Shown here: piece after piece, positions 49,271-50,429 of the stretch
How positions within the stretch are numbered: position 1 is the stretch's first letter
Layout: every line of letters begins with the position of its first letter
DNA from: Nemertoderma westbladi
Taxonomy: Eukaryota; Animalia; Xenacoelomorpha
DNA: 50,429 bases
Reading direction: 5' to 3'
Assembly: GCA_032718475.1 (NCBI GenBank)
Contig: JAUCBJ010004019.1
Span: forward strand, 1 to 50,429
Notes under the pieces: model-generated
Database searches by the model: none
Seen by the model: the letters and a program-made list of their open reading frames with translations, nothing else
Told to the model about the DNA's origin: nothing
Program-made: the position numbers and the translations under genes

Positions 49271-50429
49271 CCTATTAATGTTTGTGCCCCTGATTAATGT
49301 TTGTATCCCTCATTTATGTTTGTGTCCCTCATTAATGTTTGTGTTCCTCATTAATGATTGTGTCCCTCGTTAATGTTTGTGCCCCTTATTAATGTGTGTC
49401 CCTCATTAATGTGTGTCCCTCATTAATGTTTGTGCCCTCATTAATGTTTGTGTCCCTCATTAATGATTGTATCCCTTATTAATGTGTATCCCTCATTAAT
49501 GTGTGTCCCTCATTAATGTGTGTCCCTCATTAATGTTTGTGTCCCTCATTACTGTGTGTCCCTCATTGATGTTTGTGTCCCTCATTAATGATTGTGTCCC
49601 TCGTTAATGTTTGTGCCCCTTATTAATGTGTGTCCCTCAGTAATGTGTGTCCCTCATTAATGTTTGTGTCCCTCATTAATGTTTATGTCCCTCATTAATG
49701 ATTGTTTCCCTCGTTAATGTTTGTGCCCCTTATTAATGTGTGTCCCTCATTAATGTGTGTCCCTCATTAATGTTTGTGCCCTCATTAATGTTTGTGTCCC
49801 TCATTAATGATTGTATCCCTTATTTATGTGTGTCCCTCATTAATTTGTGTCCCTCATTAATGTTTGTGTCCCTCATTACTGTGTGTCCCTCATTAATGTT
49901 TGTGTCCCTCATTAATGATTGTGTCCCTCGTTAATGTTTGTGCCCCTTATTAATGTGTGTCCCTCATTAATGTGTGTCCCTCATTAATGTGTCTTCCTCA
50001 TTAATGTTTGTGTCCCTCATTAATGTTTGTGTCCCTCGTTAATGTTTGTGTCCCTCATTAATGATTGTGTCCCTCGTTAATGTTTGTGCCCCTTATTAAT
50101 GTGTGTCCATCATTAATGTGTGTCCCTCATTAATGTTTGTGTCCCTCATTAATGTTTGTGTCCCTCATTAATGATTGTATCCCTCATTAATGTTTGTGTC
50201 CCTCATTAATTCATGATGTCCCTCATTAATGTTTGTGTCCCTCATTAATTCATTGTGTCCCTCATGTGTCCCTCATTAATGATTATGTCCCTCGTTAATG
50301 TTTGTGCCCCTTTAATGTATGTCCCTCATTAATGTTTGTGTCCCTCATTAATGTGTGTCCCTCATTAATGTTTGTGTCCCTCGTTAATGTTTGTGTCCAT
50401 TATTAATGTGTGTCCCTCATTAATGTTTG
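49269..50429 (-). repeat. 17/19-bp satellite in inverted orientation (CCCTCATTAATGTTTGTGT), runs off the window end
   Basis: Reverse complement of the 48123-48684 unit, with 17-bp deletion variants. Confidence 0.97.

Noticed and set aside
48599-49934. Short ORFs 48599-48781, 48860-49097, 49740-49934, and antisense ORFs over JMJD5, MDR and the LINE
   Set aside because: Translations of satellite or low-complexity DNA, or shadows of real ORFs; no recognisable domains.

Overview
Eukaryotic genomic window, probably an invertebrate animal (inferred from a spliceosomal intron, non-LTR retrotransposons and MITEs; the species cannot be determined). It has two host genes. The first is a 5'-incomplete, apparently intronless JMJD5/KDM8 homologue (1-1099) whose frame is broken by three single-base indels. 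The second is a two-exon zinc-dependent MDR dehydrogenase of a mostly prokaryotic subfamily (3973-4129 + 11457-12286), with a 7.3-kb intron that is mostly a 34-bp satellite. About 60% of the window is tandem repeat: 34-bp (~6.5 kb), 47-bp (~20.4 kb, with 96/82/96-monomer higher-order blocks), 31-32-bp (~1.5 kb) and 19-bp arrays. The rest holds several MITEs, including a 37-bp element with an 8-bp TSD, plus a Helentron/DINE-like element. There is also a three-level nest: a CR1/L2-type LINE (esterase ORF1; ORF2 with a hydrophobic leader, 2A-like motif, APE and RT) inside an RTE-type LINE, inside the 19-bp satellite. The most unusual items are a strongly diverged but structure-retaining U2 snRNA-like sequence (49139-49270) between inverted arms of the 19-bp satellite, the bacterial-like dehydrogenase whose intron carries ~190 acceptor-like repeats, and the membrane-leader/2A arrangement of the LINE ORF2. 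All family assignments come from motif recognition by eye, not database searches.
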